NCBI GenBank assembly: GCA_051362555.1
Contig: CM120640.1
Location: forward strand, 1,488,001-1,552,000
Origin: Lingula anatina
Taxonomy: Eukaryota; Animalia; Brachiopoda
DNA length: 64,000 bases
Direction: 5' to 3'
The translations under genes were made by a program, and so were the position numbers. A model generated the notes under the pieces. That model did not search any database. It was not told the DNA's origin and saw only the letters and a program-made list of their open reading frames with translations. Of this stretch, positions 42,522 to 54,848 are shown in pieces (the stretch's first letter is position 1; every line of letters begins with the position of its first letter).

Positions 42522-44494
42522 TTTCCATGCAGTGTTCAGAGGAGGCAAATCCCCACAAAATTTCACAAGTAAACAACGTAAAGGAATGGATTTATCTGAA
42601 AATTTGTAAAGGATCTGCTCCTTGTAAAAAGTCTCATTGAAGCCAGTGAAGAAAAAGGAAACTGAAACGAAATAAAAACACCATAATTTGGATTTGCTTA
42701 AAACGCGTGTAGGTGGTTTGGGTTTGGCATTATATACTAGGCAGAGAGCCCTAGCTATCATTACATTAATTCCTTGTTGTTTTTCTTGGGCCGAGCTGTT
42801 TTAACCGTTGGAGCGTTAAAGGTTGCTTCTAGGTGGTTGTTATGGTTTGTTGACTGTTATACTTTCCTGCAATTTTTAAAGAACGTTTTGATGAGGTTTT
42901 TCGTCTTAGCAAACAAGAGCCGACATGAAGTGGAACGCGGTAACATTCACTGCCCCCTCCCTCACCCACTGGGAGACATAACAATTTTCCAGATAGAAAA
43001 TAGAAAAAAATATTATTAGACTTATTCACATCCTTCTTGGGCTCAGATGCCGTTCCTCTAAAATAAAAAACTGCATGTGCACTCCCAAAGTAAGATTATT
43101 TGTCATGAAATATAAATTTTTTTATTTTTTTATAAGGAAGAAGGAAGAATGGAAACTAAAAGGGCACCGCTGAGATGCCATATATGTTATATCTTTATCT
43201 TTAATTGGATTGAAGGTTTCTTACTAGCGTGCTTTGATTTATGAACAAGCGTAAATAAATCACATGTTAGAGAATGTTATTCTTATGTACTTTACATAAA
43301 GGATAGCTTATGGGCCCTTGTAGATGGCAGATAGTGGCCACTTTTTATTAATTTATGTTTTTTTTTTTCAGACCAACTGGCCCCGAGTCACCCACCGCCC
43401 AAGAATATACACAACTTTACCTCGAAAACAACCAATTACGTTTGAAGACGCCTCATCTCGCGTTACCTAAAAGACCTTTTATCGCCAAAGAGATCCTTAT
43501 TCTAACTGATCCTTGTAACAGGAGAAATTTCAGACCAAAACCACACCTGTGCTGGCGTCTTGCACTGAAGCGGAAACATTTTAAGAGAGAATCATGGATA
43601 TAGCTGCCAAACGCGGTTTAGCTTTTGATGTTCTCTGTAAGACCACTTGCTGGGCGCCGGCGTGAAATAACACGGAAAGTTACCTCAAGTTGTGCCTTAA
43701 AGAATGAACATCAGATTTACTGGAGACGTAAGCCCCGTAAGATGAGAAGTTAAACTGTCTCTTGCCGCATATTTCGGCGTCTTGCATAAGAGCTATGTGA
43801 GTGCAAAAAATCAATCACGCGTGAAAATTACGCATACCTCGTTTTTCGCTGGAATGGATATTAAGATAATTCCTGGGAACTTTGCTATATTGCCGTAGAG
43901 AGTTATTATTAACGTGGAAACAAATCAACAGTTGTTATCTAGACGACTGAAGGCTACATTCTTGCACGTGGAATCATTCCTTTTCATCGCCAATCAAAAT
44001 CACTCTCGGCGCCAGGTAACTTGGAAGGGAAAGACGCATTTTCTACGTACAACGGATTTATTTACCCGAAGAAATGAACTCATCACTCGTACAAAACTAT
44101 TGCGTTGCTAAATACTCGCGCTGCGCGTGAACACTAACAGTTAGATAATATAACATTTTTTTCAATTTCTATCCCAGTCGATCTCTTATTTCACCTGTTG
44201 GGTCAGGTAAACAAGTTTAAAGAGGCCAGAAAAGCCTATATGCTCAAGCGAGGACGGCTCTCTCTACTCGTGTTTGTTGATTCCAAACAGGAAAGCTGGG
44301 ATTATGTTTAAGAACGAAGGAGTGTCCACATGAAATGAAGTTTAAGCAGGGATATCGGTATTGGAAGAGTCCTGTGACGGAGCCGTAATTGTATTCTGTA
44401 CATATTTAATTTAAATATTTACGGTAAATCCGGCCTCAAGTACTCATACCTAGGACAACACCACTACAGTGGCTTATAAATTCCATCCGGCGAA
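40130..44494 (+). other. Probable 5' non-coding exons/5' UTR of the giant TRIM gene
   Basis: Strong donor gatcag|gtaagt at ~40189; internal exon tttag|41372-41442|gtaagt; acceptor ttttttcag| at 43370 leading without an obvious further intron to ATG 44495; CpG-rich region near 39580-40190. Confidence 0.45.
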
Positions 44495-47400
44495 ATGGCG
44501 TCCCAGCTCACGAAAGAAATAAGCGACCAATTTTTGGTCTGCAAAATATGCTTGGAACCATACAAGCAGCCAAAGACGCTGGACTGTCTTCATGTATTTT
44601 GTTCTGACTGCATAGAGAAACATATGGACGCCCAAATGGAGCGGACGTCGTACCGCTACGCGTCTTACATGAGAAATGTCTCGTGCCCGTTGTGCCGAAA
44701 ACGAACAGACATACCGAACGGAGGAGTCCGGAAACTGCCGGACAACTTCCTTGTCTCCAACCTCACCGAGATTGTCAACAGAAGGAAGCCCAGTGCTGTA
44801 CCCCTCTGTGATATATGCCACAATCTGCATTCTAAAAACAACGAGGCTGCGTCCAAGTGTCTTGAGTGTTCGAAACTCCTGTGTAAGTCCTGCGTAGATC
44901 TCCATACCCGGACTAAGGTGACGGCCCACCACAGCCTGTGTGATGTAGAGGTGGAGAAGGACATTCAGTGTCAGAGTCATCCAGAGGAACAGGTCAGTTG
45001 AGAAATTCGAGTGCTTTTGGTAACATTTTTAATTGTTTGAAAATTACTATCCTCTGATAGCAGGGGCCTATTAAATAGTTGACATGATTAAAGTAAATAG
45101 GTCGTTACAATAATTTTGAAAAAGGCTACCAGCGGTACCCTGTGATCAGAGAGTAGTAAATTATTGCAGTTAAATATAACTTTGGACATAATAACGAATT
45201 CGTAATTTTATCCATGACATAACATTTGTAGTTATAATATATTGTTCTGACTGTTGTTAAAATTGGGACAGTTGAGTAAGTTTTTTATAATGTCAGTCGT
45301 AAGCAATCGCCTGGAAATAACAAAATTGCTGTAACCATTTCTAGACGATTGAGGCAGCCCAGGTTTGAATGCATTAAAAAAAACTCAGAAGTTTCTGTAG
45401 TCTATACAACCAGAAGTTACTAAAACACGAACTGTTTATCCTTAACTGTTACTTTAAAGTGTTTAACCCTAATCAGTTTTATCAAGGAAACAAATCCGTG
45501 CTTTATCTCCTTATATCAATTTAGAACGCTTTGTGATTTTGCAATCTTTGTTTTGACTTTTTAATAGCTGCCTTAGAAGGTTCACGATTATTCGCTTTTT
45601 GAAATATTAGTTTTTGTTGCACAAACGTTACTAATAAGTATAGTATACGCTGCATGTATCCTAAAAACTATTTAAGTACAGGGTCATATTTCCGAATAAT
45701 GTAGTATATATCAAATTTGTAGGGCTTAAATCAACTGCTGAATTAAATTATATGTTTCTTATTTACAATTCTAATGCAAAAATTTCTTTAGACATTTACG
45801 TTTGACTGAGGACTGAAAACCATTGGAACATACGTATAAATATTCTTCTCTTGGACATGTTTGAATAAGTATGTTGATGTTTCAATCATTATTTGTTCGT
45901 TTTACTTTTGTTTATTTAACTAAGTTTATTTAGTGAATGGCAGAGTATCAGTATATGAATGCTACTTGCTTTTTTTATTAAGTCTTCTCTAAATCATTTT
46001 GATTTTCCAGATTCGCTTTTACTGCGAGCCTTGTCAGAAATGTATATGTGTCGTCTGCGCATTTCAAGAACACAAGGGCCACGAGGTGTCGTCATTCAAC
46101 GAAGGCATGCAGCGCTATCGAGATTCTTTACAAACTTTGGTGCAGTCAAGCAAAGTTCGCATCGAACAAATCAAATCTCAGTTGGACTTCATAGACGATT
46201 GCGATAACAACAAAAGTGAGGCAGAAAAAGCGATAAGGGAAATGACAGAGATTTTTGTATCTCGTGTTCGCGCAAGTGAGAATCAGCTTATAAATCAATT
46301 GAACGATATGTACGGCGCAGAACTCCTGGAATTTCTGCAGAAGCGAAACATGTTGCAAGATAACCTCAACGGCTTGCAAAGCACGTGCAATCTAACAGAA
46401 ATCCTCATACAAAACCAAAACATCGAAATGCTACTGATGAAAAATGATATACAACAAAAACTCGAGTCTCTACTGAGATCTGGCGTCAGAACACCGCCTG
46501 CTAATGCAAAAAAGCACATCTCTTTTATCCCAGGCTGCGTATCTCTTGGCCATCTTTCCACAGACTGCGACGAAACAGAATTAGCCGAGGGGAGAATGGC
46601 GCTGCTTCCTAAAGGAGTCACGGTAGACACCCAGACGCCAATAATAACCAACAGTGAACAAGAAACCTCCATGGGAAGTAGCATGATTGAGGTGCTATCC
46701 CATGATATTCACACCCAGACGCTACGCAGACGGCAGAAAGACCAGGCAACAGCGCCGGAATTGCCGTTCACGTATACCACGGGTACGATGACCGCCCAGG
46801 CCATAGTCCGCAGCTACGGCGTCGTGACCGACGAGCCCGACTTCAGACACAAGCGAATCCAGACGGAGGAATTCTTAGAGAGAGGGCAAGAGAGGCGGGA
46901 CAGACGCAATCGCGATCGTTCCCTTTCCCGCGTTTCTCATAAGGAAACGAATACCGAACGCACCGCGTCGCATGAAAAGACAACGTGTACTGAGATCGTA
47001 GAACACAGCGATCAATCTACCTCAACGGCCGTCGTCACAGTGGACGCATGGATGTCAACAGCTAAGATTAAAACAAAAGACGCTCAGACCGAGTCGAGAC
47101 CAGAGACGGAAGATAAAAATGTGTCAATTATCCCTTCATCTTGTCATCAGAAAACGATGACAGATCCGGTTGAAACATGGGACGCTGGGGCTAAGGAGAC
47201 AGTTGACGCTTTTACAGATATGGTGTCGCTGCCGGAGACAATTGAAGTTGGGACGGGGACCACACCCGTAGAGTGTACTGATAAATACGTGGACGCTTAC
47301 CGCGGCGAACAGAAAGATCAGAATAGCATGACAACCACATGTTCGGTGACAAACAAAAAAGTTGGTACGATACAGCGACAACTGATTGAAGTCGGTATCT

Positions 47401-50400
47401 CTATGCCTCCGTTAAGAACTGCTGTTGCCGGCGTTTCTACGGATGACTTGCCATGGCCACCGAGGGCGGCAACGTCGGATAAAGGCACACTGATGGATAT
47501 TCTGCCAGGATTTGATCAAGAGACAGTTGGCGCTGACGTATGTACAATGACATCTCCTTCCGTAGAAAACAAGGAAACGTCTACAGATAAACTTTCACTA
47601 TCAGAAAAGGCTGTGATGACGCCTAAGCCACCAAGGGTTCACAGAAAATGCGGCACCACTCGCGTACACACTGTTGAAACTGGCATCGCAATGCCAAAGA
47701 TAGTTATGGTAGATCAGGCCGTGTCGGCGGAAATACCGCCTGATAAACCTCCAGTCTCCGATCAAGGGACTTCTACAGAAGTCGCAAGCCGTGAAATCGC
47801 AACGGAGACGGCAATGGGTGCTCCAGTAGACAAAGCGACAGGTACGAACATTTCGATGTCTGACAGTAGCACGGAAACTGTTGGTACATGTTGCGTTGAT
47901 ATCGGTGTAGGAGACTCGGTGTTAATTTTTACAACCGATTCCTCAGTTGGAGACGCATCAGTCTTTACACAAGATACGTCAGTGGCAACAGTGAACGCCA
48001 AAACAACTGACAGCGCCACTGCCACGCCCACACTGGAGACAAAAGACGCTCTAACATTTACGGCGCCACCAGTGTGTTATACAAAAGCCACAGCGACAGA
48101 CATATTAACCGGTATTGATAAGCTGTGTCAAACACCAACTGTTTCTACCGTTGAAACCGGTACGTTGGTTGCCGCTGCCACCAAAGACGCAGAGACATTT
48201 ATGCCTGTAAAAGAAAGTCATGATAAAGAGACACATACATTTGTAATGCTTTCTGATAGCGGTGTTGGTGACGCGTGTGTTTTAAGCCAGGATTGTGCCA
48301 CATGGACACCACTATTTTACTCAGACAAGGAAACGGGTATGGATCTTCGGCCGAAAGATGCCAGCACTGCAACAACGGCTCCCGAGCTGCGCCATTTTGG
48401 TACTGATACCGTGATCAAAGTCAAAGACGGCAGCACAATAACTGAACGTGCAACTACAGCCGACGTCTCCACAGCAACTCCTCATATTACCCGCGCGGAG
48501 AAATCTTCAGAGACGTACTCAACGCACCTTGACGTGGCAAGTATAAGCACAATGACAAAGATTAGCACCAAGGACGCCGCGTCCGACTCTTTCCCCGTGT
48601 CTGTGGCGAATAAGGCGACCTATGTCCAAGTTGCTACTCGGGATACAATGGTTGGTGATGGTCACGTTACATCTCATGATAAACATACGGAGGCAATGGT
48701 GGATACAGCGGACGGAGTTACGTGTACTGAAGCTGTTGGTATTAGTGATATGGCAACTGACGCATATAAAGCAGTTGTTGTAGACACGGGTACTGCAACT
48801 GAGCATGCAGAATTAACTGATAAATCGTGTGGTTCTGAAATAATGTTCAGTGAAAAGTTTACCGGAACAGAAACAACAGAAAGCTGTGACAAGCAAACGG
48901 GTATGGAACATAGGACTTACGCCGACAAAGCCATACGAGCCTTTCCTCATATGAAACATTGTAAAATTGGAACGAAAGAGAAAGATCTTGCGCACAAAGA
49001 GACTTCCACTAATGTTATTATCGTTGACAATGGATGCGGTGATGGCGTCATTGAATGTAAAGATGCAACAACTACTACAACTCGACCTCAATACTCAGAT
49101 TTTGGTACGGGGTCAAACAATGTGATAGCAACGTCCAAGGGTACAAATACACGAAGATTTCGTATGGTAGATAAATCTATCGTCTGCTCAATGAGACCAC
49201 TAACTGCCAATTCTACAACCGAAATGGATGTCTTACAAACTGCGGAAGTTGGGGTTTTGACTGACAAAAATAATTATGTGGACAAGAATGTTGGGTCTAC
49301 AATATCAGTGGTTGACTTTGGACAAGGGGATAGCACCGTATATACTGCTTCCATATATTCTCAAACACAAGAAATTGTAGTTTCAACATCTGACAAGGGA
49401 TGTGAAGCTACTATAGAGATGCACAATAAAAATGTTGGGACACCGCCTACTATTCAAAGTGATATGTCCACTGCCACCCGCCCTATTGTTACTGCTGACA
49501 GGTCAACCCTAACAAGACAGACATCTTTCATCGACAAGGAGTCAGACGCTTTCACCATACCCATGCCTAGCAAACAAACAGGCACAGACTTGCCTGAGAC
49601 ATTTGACAAGGAAAGCAACACCGATGAAATAATCACAGATCCCGAAGCAGAATTATTAATGGCCAAAGAAATAAAGGCCATGGTCAATGGGTTCCAAAAA
49701 GATATTGGTGAGCACGAAAAGCCATCCTTTAGTGACAAGGCTACATCGGCCAGAGTAAGAACAAAAAGCAAGAGTACTACATGTGACAGCGAAATGAATA
49801 CAAGCAATGAATACACCCAGACCAATGGTTTGGAGGGAAGGGAGGATAAAGCATCAAGTCCAATCAAGTTCATCTACTCCAATGATGACATTTCCCTTAC
49901 CAGAGAGGACAGTTTGGAAGAAATTTCGTTATTGGCATCAGTTTCGTCCAAAGTGGCCATGTTTGATCCAAACAAAGTCTCCTCTCCTGAGCAGGGGAAA
50001 GTACAACATGTGCACAGACGCCCAGACCCCCCATCAACTCTGGACATTGGGAAATCAGAAAAGAGCACGTCCACTGATGTTTTATTCCAAGTAGATCAGC
50101 AAACGTCACCTATTGGGTCTCCAACAGACAAGTTAAGTTTTGTGATGAAAGTTGATAAAGACGTCTCCAAGTCGCTTGTTTTGACGAGAGGAAAGGGCGG
50201 TCAGACAGCACAATTTACAGCAAGTGTGAAAAAGAAACAAATGGTGGAAAACAGTACAATGACAGACCCACTCGTATTTCCCAGTGGGTTTGTATATCCT
50301 TCATACGAGGAAAGAGATGACAAGGAAAATGTAATTCCTTATACCTCTAAGAAATTTATTCAGAATCGTTCTGTAGGAACTGGAACTTTACCCGTGTCAG

Positions 50401-52292
50401 CTGAGAAACTCAGAGATTTGGACAAAAGTAATCACTTGATAACTCAGTCAGTATCCACTCAAACTGCACTGAAGAAACACAGGAAAGCTGACAAGTGCGT
50501 GGGGACAGATATGCAAACTTACAATGGTGAACTGACAAAATGCATCAGCAAGTTGAAAAACGTCACTCAACGCTTGGAGTCCCCCAAGCAACAACCTTTA
50601 GCGAGAAGCCAAAGACTAAACATCAACCAATTGCTCTCTGATTCAGAATCAATGGATTCTTTCAGTAGTGGCTCTTCCAAAGGCAGAGGGTCATTGGGTG
50701 AGATGGATGGTCATACCAAGGAATCTTTGTTAGTATCCCCTGATCACCAAGATTTGCAAGAAAGAAGCCCTGCACAATCCTCTTCACTTGAACACCATAC
50801 AGAGCAAGGCCAACAATCTGCAGCCAGCTCCTCACCATCAGGCCCTTCCAGTACGACGTCTTCTTTTGCAAGAAAAAAGCTTCATGATATGCCAGAGTCA
50901 CATTCTAAAGACCTTGAAAGACTGCAGAGGCTCACTATGATGCTGAAGGACATTGAGGCCTACAAGAAAAATACAAGTGATACTAGTAGTCATGAAGGAA
51001 CACATGACATATCACTGGATGATAGCAGTACCCAGGGTCATCATTACCCATCACAGCCACAAGTCTCCACAACTAGCAGTGTTCAAGACATGAGCAGAAT
51101 ATCATTCAAAGAAATGCCAACTTTTAAGGCCAAGTTAGGGAGATATCCCAGGGTTTCCCCAGAACCGAGTAGGTCGCCAAAACCTACTGAGGCTAGCCCC
51201 GAGTCGAGAGCAACAGAACCTGCCAAATGTGGTCCCAGTGAGCCTGATAATGCCACCAAGGACCGTAGAAAAGCTCTAGATGACCTCCAGAAGATGCTGT
51301 CCACCATAGGCACTGATGATGTAGCATTTGGGGTCCAGGTGCCCTCAGCTAATGGTACTGTGGCACCTTCAAGGCATTTGCCATCCCATCCACCACATGC
51401 TTCAGAGGATACAGAACTTACCACTGCAGAGCAAGACCCACTCATGACAAAGCACAGAGCTGTACCATGTGTCACATACATGGTTCAAGATCAGCCTTCA
51501 CAGGAACAATGGGAGAGAGCTTCTCCAGCTGAAACAGCAACCTCAGAAGCAAATGTTTCAGTGGACCAAAAAGCTGATAAACTACCCCCTGCTCTACCAC
51601 CAAAACCCCCTTTGCCTAGACTAGGCACTACTTTACCAAGTGCTCAAATGGCAGCAGAAACCAAGGCAACACCACCCAGACAAAAGCCAAGGCTTCCACC
51701 AAGAACTTACAAACCGAGTTCTTTCAGTGCTTTGGGGGCACCAAATCAGAAAGATCCGGGGACCCCTAAGCAGAAGTCATATCAAAGAAGCCAAACTCTG
51801 AGCAGCCCTGCTGAAATGTTGACACCAACTGATAACCAGATATCACAGAAGAAACAGTCAGGTGTTTATGACATACGGACTCCAGCTGTTTCACCAGTAA
51901 GGAACACCTCTATCACAGGTAAGAGGGCGCCCTGGAGGAGACAAACCTTAGGTGGCCCCATTGCTGCACCAAAACCTATGGAAACTCCAAGAAGTAGAAG
52001 CGAAACCAGAATCCACCACAGTCAACAAGAGAACAAACCATCACCTGAATCTGTTCCCATGAACAAACCCCTGGAAGGTCAATTTTCGAACCAGCCACAG
52101 TTTAAACCACCATTAAATGTCCGTCAGAAAGCCACTGTTCACTCTCCTCCCTTTGAGTCCCCAGTACTTCACTCCCCAAAACTGTCAAGGAAATTCATGA
52201 AGGAAGAACGCCAACATCAAACACTTGAAATCCAAGAGATGATCACTTGGGTACCAAAAGTGGTTCTACATGATGAACAGTATCCAGTTTGA
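44495..52292 (+). CDS. Giant tripartite-motif (RING-B-box1-B-box2-coiled-coil) protein, ~2259 aa, with long TxT-repeat region and Pro-rich tail
   Basis: Exon 44495-44992 (RING CKIC...CLHVFCSDC...CPLC; B-box1 CDIC...CLEC...C..C...H) joins in phase 0 (CAG|gtcagt...ttccag|ATT) to a 6282-bp exon 46011-52292 (B-box2 H...FYCEPC...CVVC...H.GH, coiled coil). N-terminus resembles the TRIM2/3/45/56 type (ISDQFLVCKIC). Confidence 0.9.
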
Positions 52293-54848
52293 GATGACTA
52301 ATAAATAACAAATACAGGGGCATACTTGACAGTAGTGCTGAAGTTGAAAACAGGACTTAGCTTAGGGCTCATCCCCAATAAAACCATCTGTCTAGTAGAT
52401 TGATCAAACTCTGTGGGAACTGTTGCTGAATGTAATCACATAAGTCGATTGACATGCCTCCACTTGGCATTGAGTAGAATACTGAAAAGCTGGTGATACA
52501 AGTATGTTGGAAACAAGAGGAAGTGTGTTAATCTGATTGCATTCAGTGAGAGTCCTTATGAGTTGGGTTTATCTACGTAGACTGATATTTTCAGTGGGAA
52601 TGAGCTATTACATAGACTCCTATAAATTTTAGCCCAGTTACATTAACAAGTAAATTGATGATTTCTTCATTCATGTTTTTTTCTACTCTGAGTGTCATCC
52701 TCAGTAGGTGTTTGACTACCAGTATGTTTGGATGTCAATCTTTGAACACCATAAACATATTGTTGTATCAAAAAATGTAACATGACCTATGAAATATGTT
52801 TTTGATTGCATTTATATTGCATGCTGTTTATACAAGTTACTAATATCATATAATGTAAGTGCACATGCAGATTTGCCTAACAACTTCCAGAAAACATTTA
52901 TTTCAAAATAATTTATCTTGATATAATAAATGCTTTAATATTTGTTTTATAAATGAAAAAGCCAACATTAAATAAAAACAAAATAGAGCATTAACGATCT
53001 CTCTATGAAACAAAAACTAAAAGATTTAAGAAAAAAACGGCTGCCTGATACCTTTGCATGATATGTCAACAACATATAAGTCGGACATTTCTGACAGAAA
53101 TATATTTTTAAAACTTCCCAGCATGTAGGTCTTTAAGCAAATGGAGGAATACCAGTAATTTAAGATGATGCAATACAGTTTCAGTGAGATGTAACTTGCC
53201 AAAGGCGTTTAAAATACCTCAACAAGTCATGTTATTTCAGACAAGTCTTGCATTTGTAAGACATGTACAAAACCAATATGATAGGGTCCAGAATACGGTA
53301 CAATTTAAATATTTAAAGTTGAATTCAGTTTAAGAAATAAATTTAGGTTTGGTAGGTAGTCAACGTGAGATGTGGTTTATGCTTGCTTCTGAAGCTTTGT
53401 GTCAGATCTGCATATTTTGCTTACAAGTTTTGTTGATTTTTAAACAAATGTAATTTTAATTCTATTTCAGTAATAAATGTTTTACACGTGTGTCTGATTT
53501 CCTTTTTGTCATGATGTGTACTCTATCCACTAGACATGTTAAAACTCATGATTTCTTAATTTTTTTATTTGGTACAACAAAGTTATAACAGTATACCAAA
53601 GTAAATCTTAAAGAATTATTTAACTTTAACTTTTACAAATAAAATGTCATTTTTCTTAACATGAGATCTAATTCAAATATCTAAGCAATCAAACACAAAG
53701 TATTCAGCATAAACCTTGAATTATGGTTAAGTAGTTGTGGCATAGTTCTGAGGACAAGTTTTTGTGCAAATAAAACAATTGGTTACAATAATGATATATG
53801 AAGTGTGCCACTAATAAAAATATATACAAGTGTATATAAGATTAAAACAAAAGTAACAGGTATGTCTATTGCTTTTTTGTAAAAATTACAATACCATCTA
53901 GTTGACGGTACAACAAACACTAACAGAAAATGTGCAAAAAGATTGAATACTAAACGAAGGCATATGGAATATAACTGTAATAACCATTTGTTTAAGTATA
54001 TTCCTTATAGCATAGTCCTTGTCATACTATAAGTAATTCAATGCATAATATATTCTTTACTCTGCAACTGGTGTAACAATAAATAAGATTTTCACCTAAC
54101 CTTATGGAAGGTGATTTGCTAACAATAAATAAAATCAGTACCACAGAATCACCTTTTTGCAATATAAGAACATGCCTTTTTTGGGTTTTTTATTTGGCTA
54201 CATCACAACTTCTTTGACATTTATTGAGATCACATTTTGGTTTCCCTGGTATTGATTCTTAAATAATCCCTGACAGAATTTGAAAAAAAAATGATCACTT
54301 ATCATATAACATACCAGGATTGGCAGCATTTTCAAGACAATTATAAAAGAAAAAAAAAAAAACAATGATTCAAACTTATAATTAACAAAAATTAAAATAA
54401 TGTGTATAAATACAAATTGTGAATTTGCTGTATAATATAAGCATTTACATCAAAATTTCTAACATAAATGAAGAAATGACTAGAACTTCTTGGGAATAAG
54501 TTATGGTTGAAAATCTATACTTAAACAACAATAATAATCTTATTCCAAACACTTCAAAAAATCAGCAAAAAAATCACTGGTATGGTAGAATTACATGATG
54601 AAAAAGTTATTTTGAACGTTCAGAACTTACAGTGTTAAAGCATGCACTGTGGTGCTTCAAAATAAAATTTTCATTATCAAAACAATTCATGAAATTAAGA
54701 CAAAAATAAGAAATTGCTAGAAATTTTGTCAGCACCAGAAGTACGCACCAATCACCCTGAGATACAGGAGACATGGGAGTCATACTGATAAGAGAGGTTA
54801 GATTCCTGAAATCTCCAAAACTCAGGGGAAATCACCCTTCACAGGGGA

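Noticed and set aside
46620-50510. Interpretation of the Thr-rich region as a mucin or ice-binding protein
   Set aside because: There is no signal peptide or TM segment and the protein is cytosolic (RING/B-box). The pattern is D-K-x-T-x-T rather than PTS-rich. A TxT beta-solenoid is not fully excluded, but variable 11-12 spacing and frequent prolines argue against it.
44474-51481. Many minus-strand ORFs (e.g. 44474-44980, 46295-46684, 49454-49873, 51083-51481)
   Set aside because: Antisense shadows of the long TRIM CDS with no recognisable domains.
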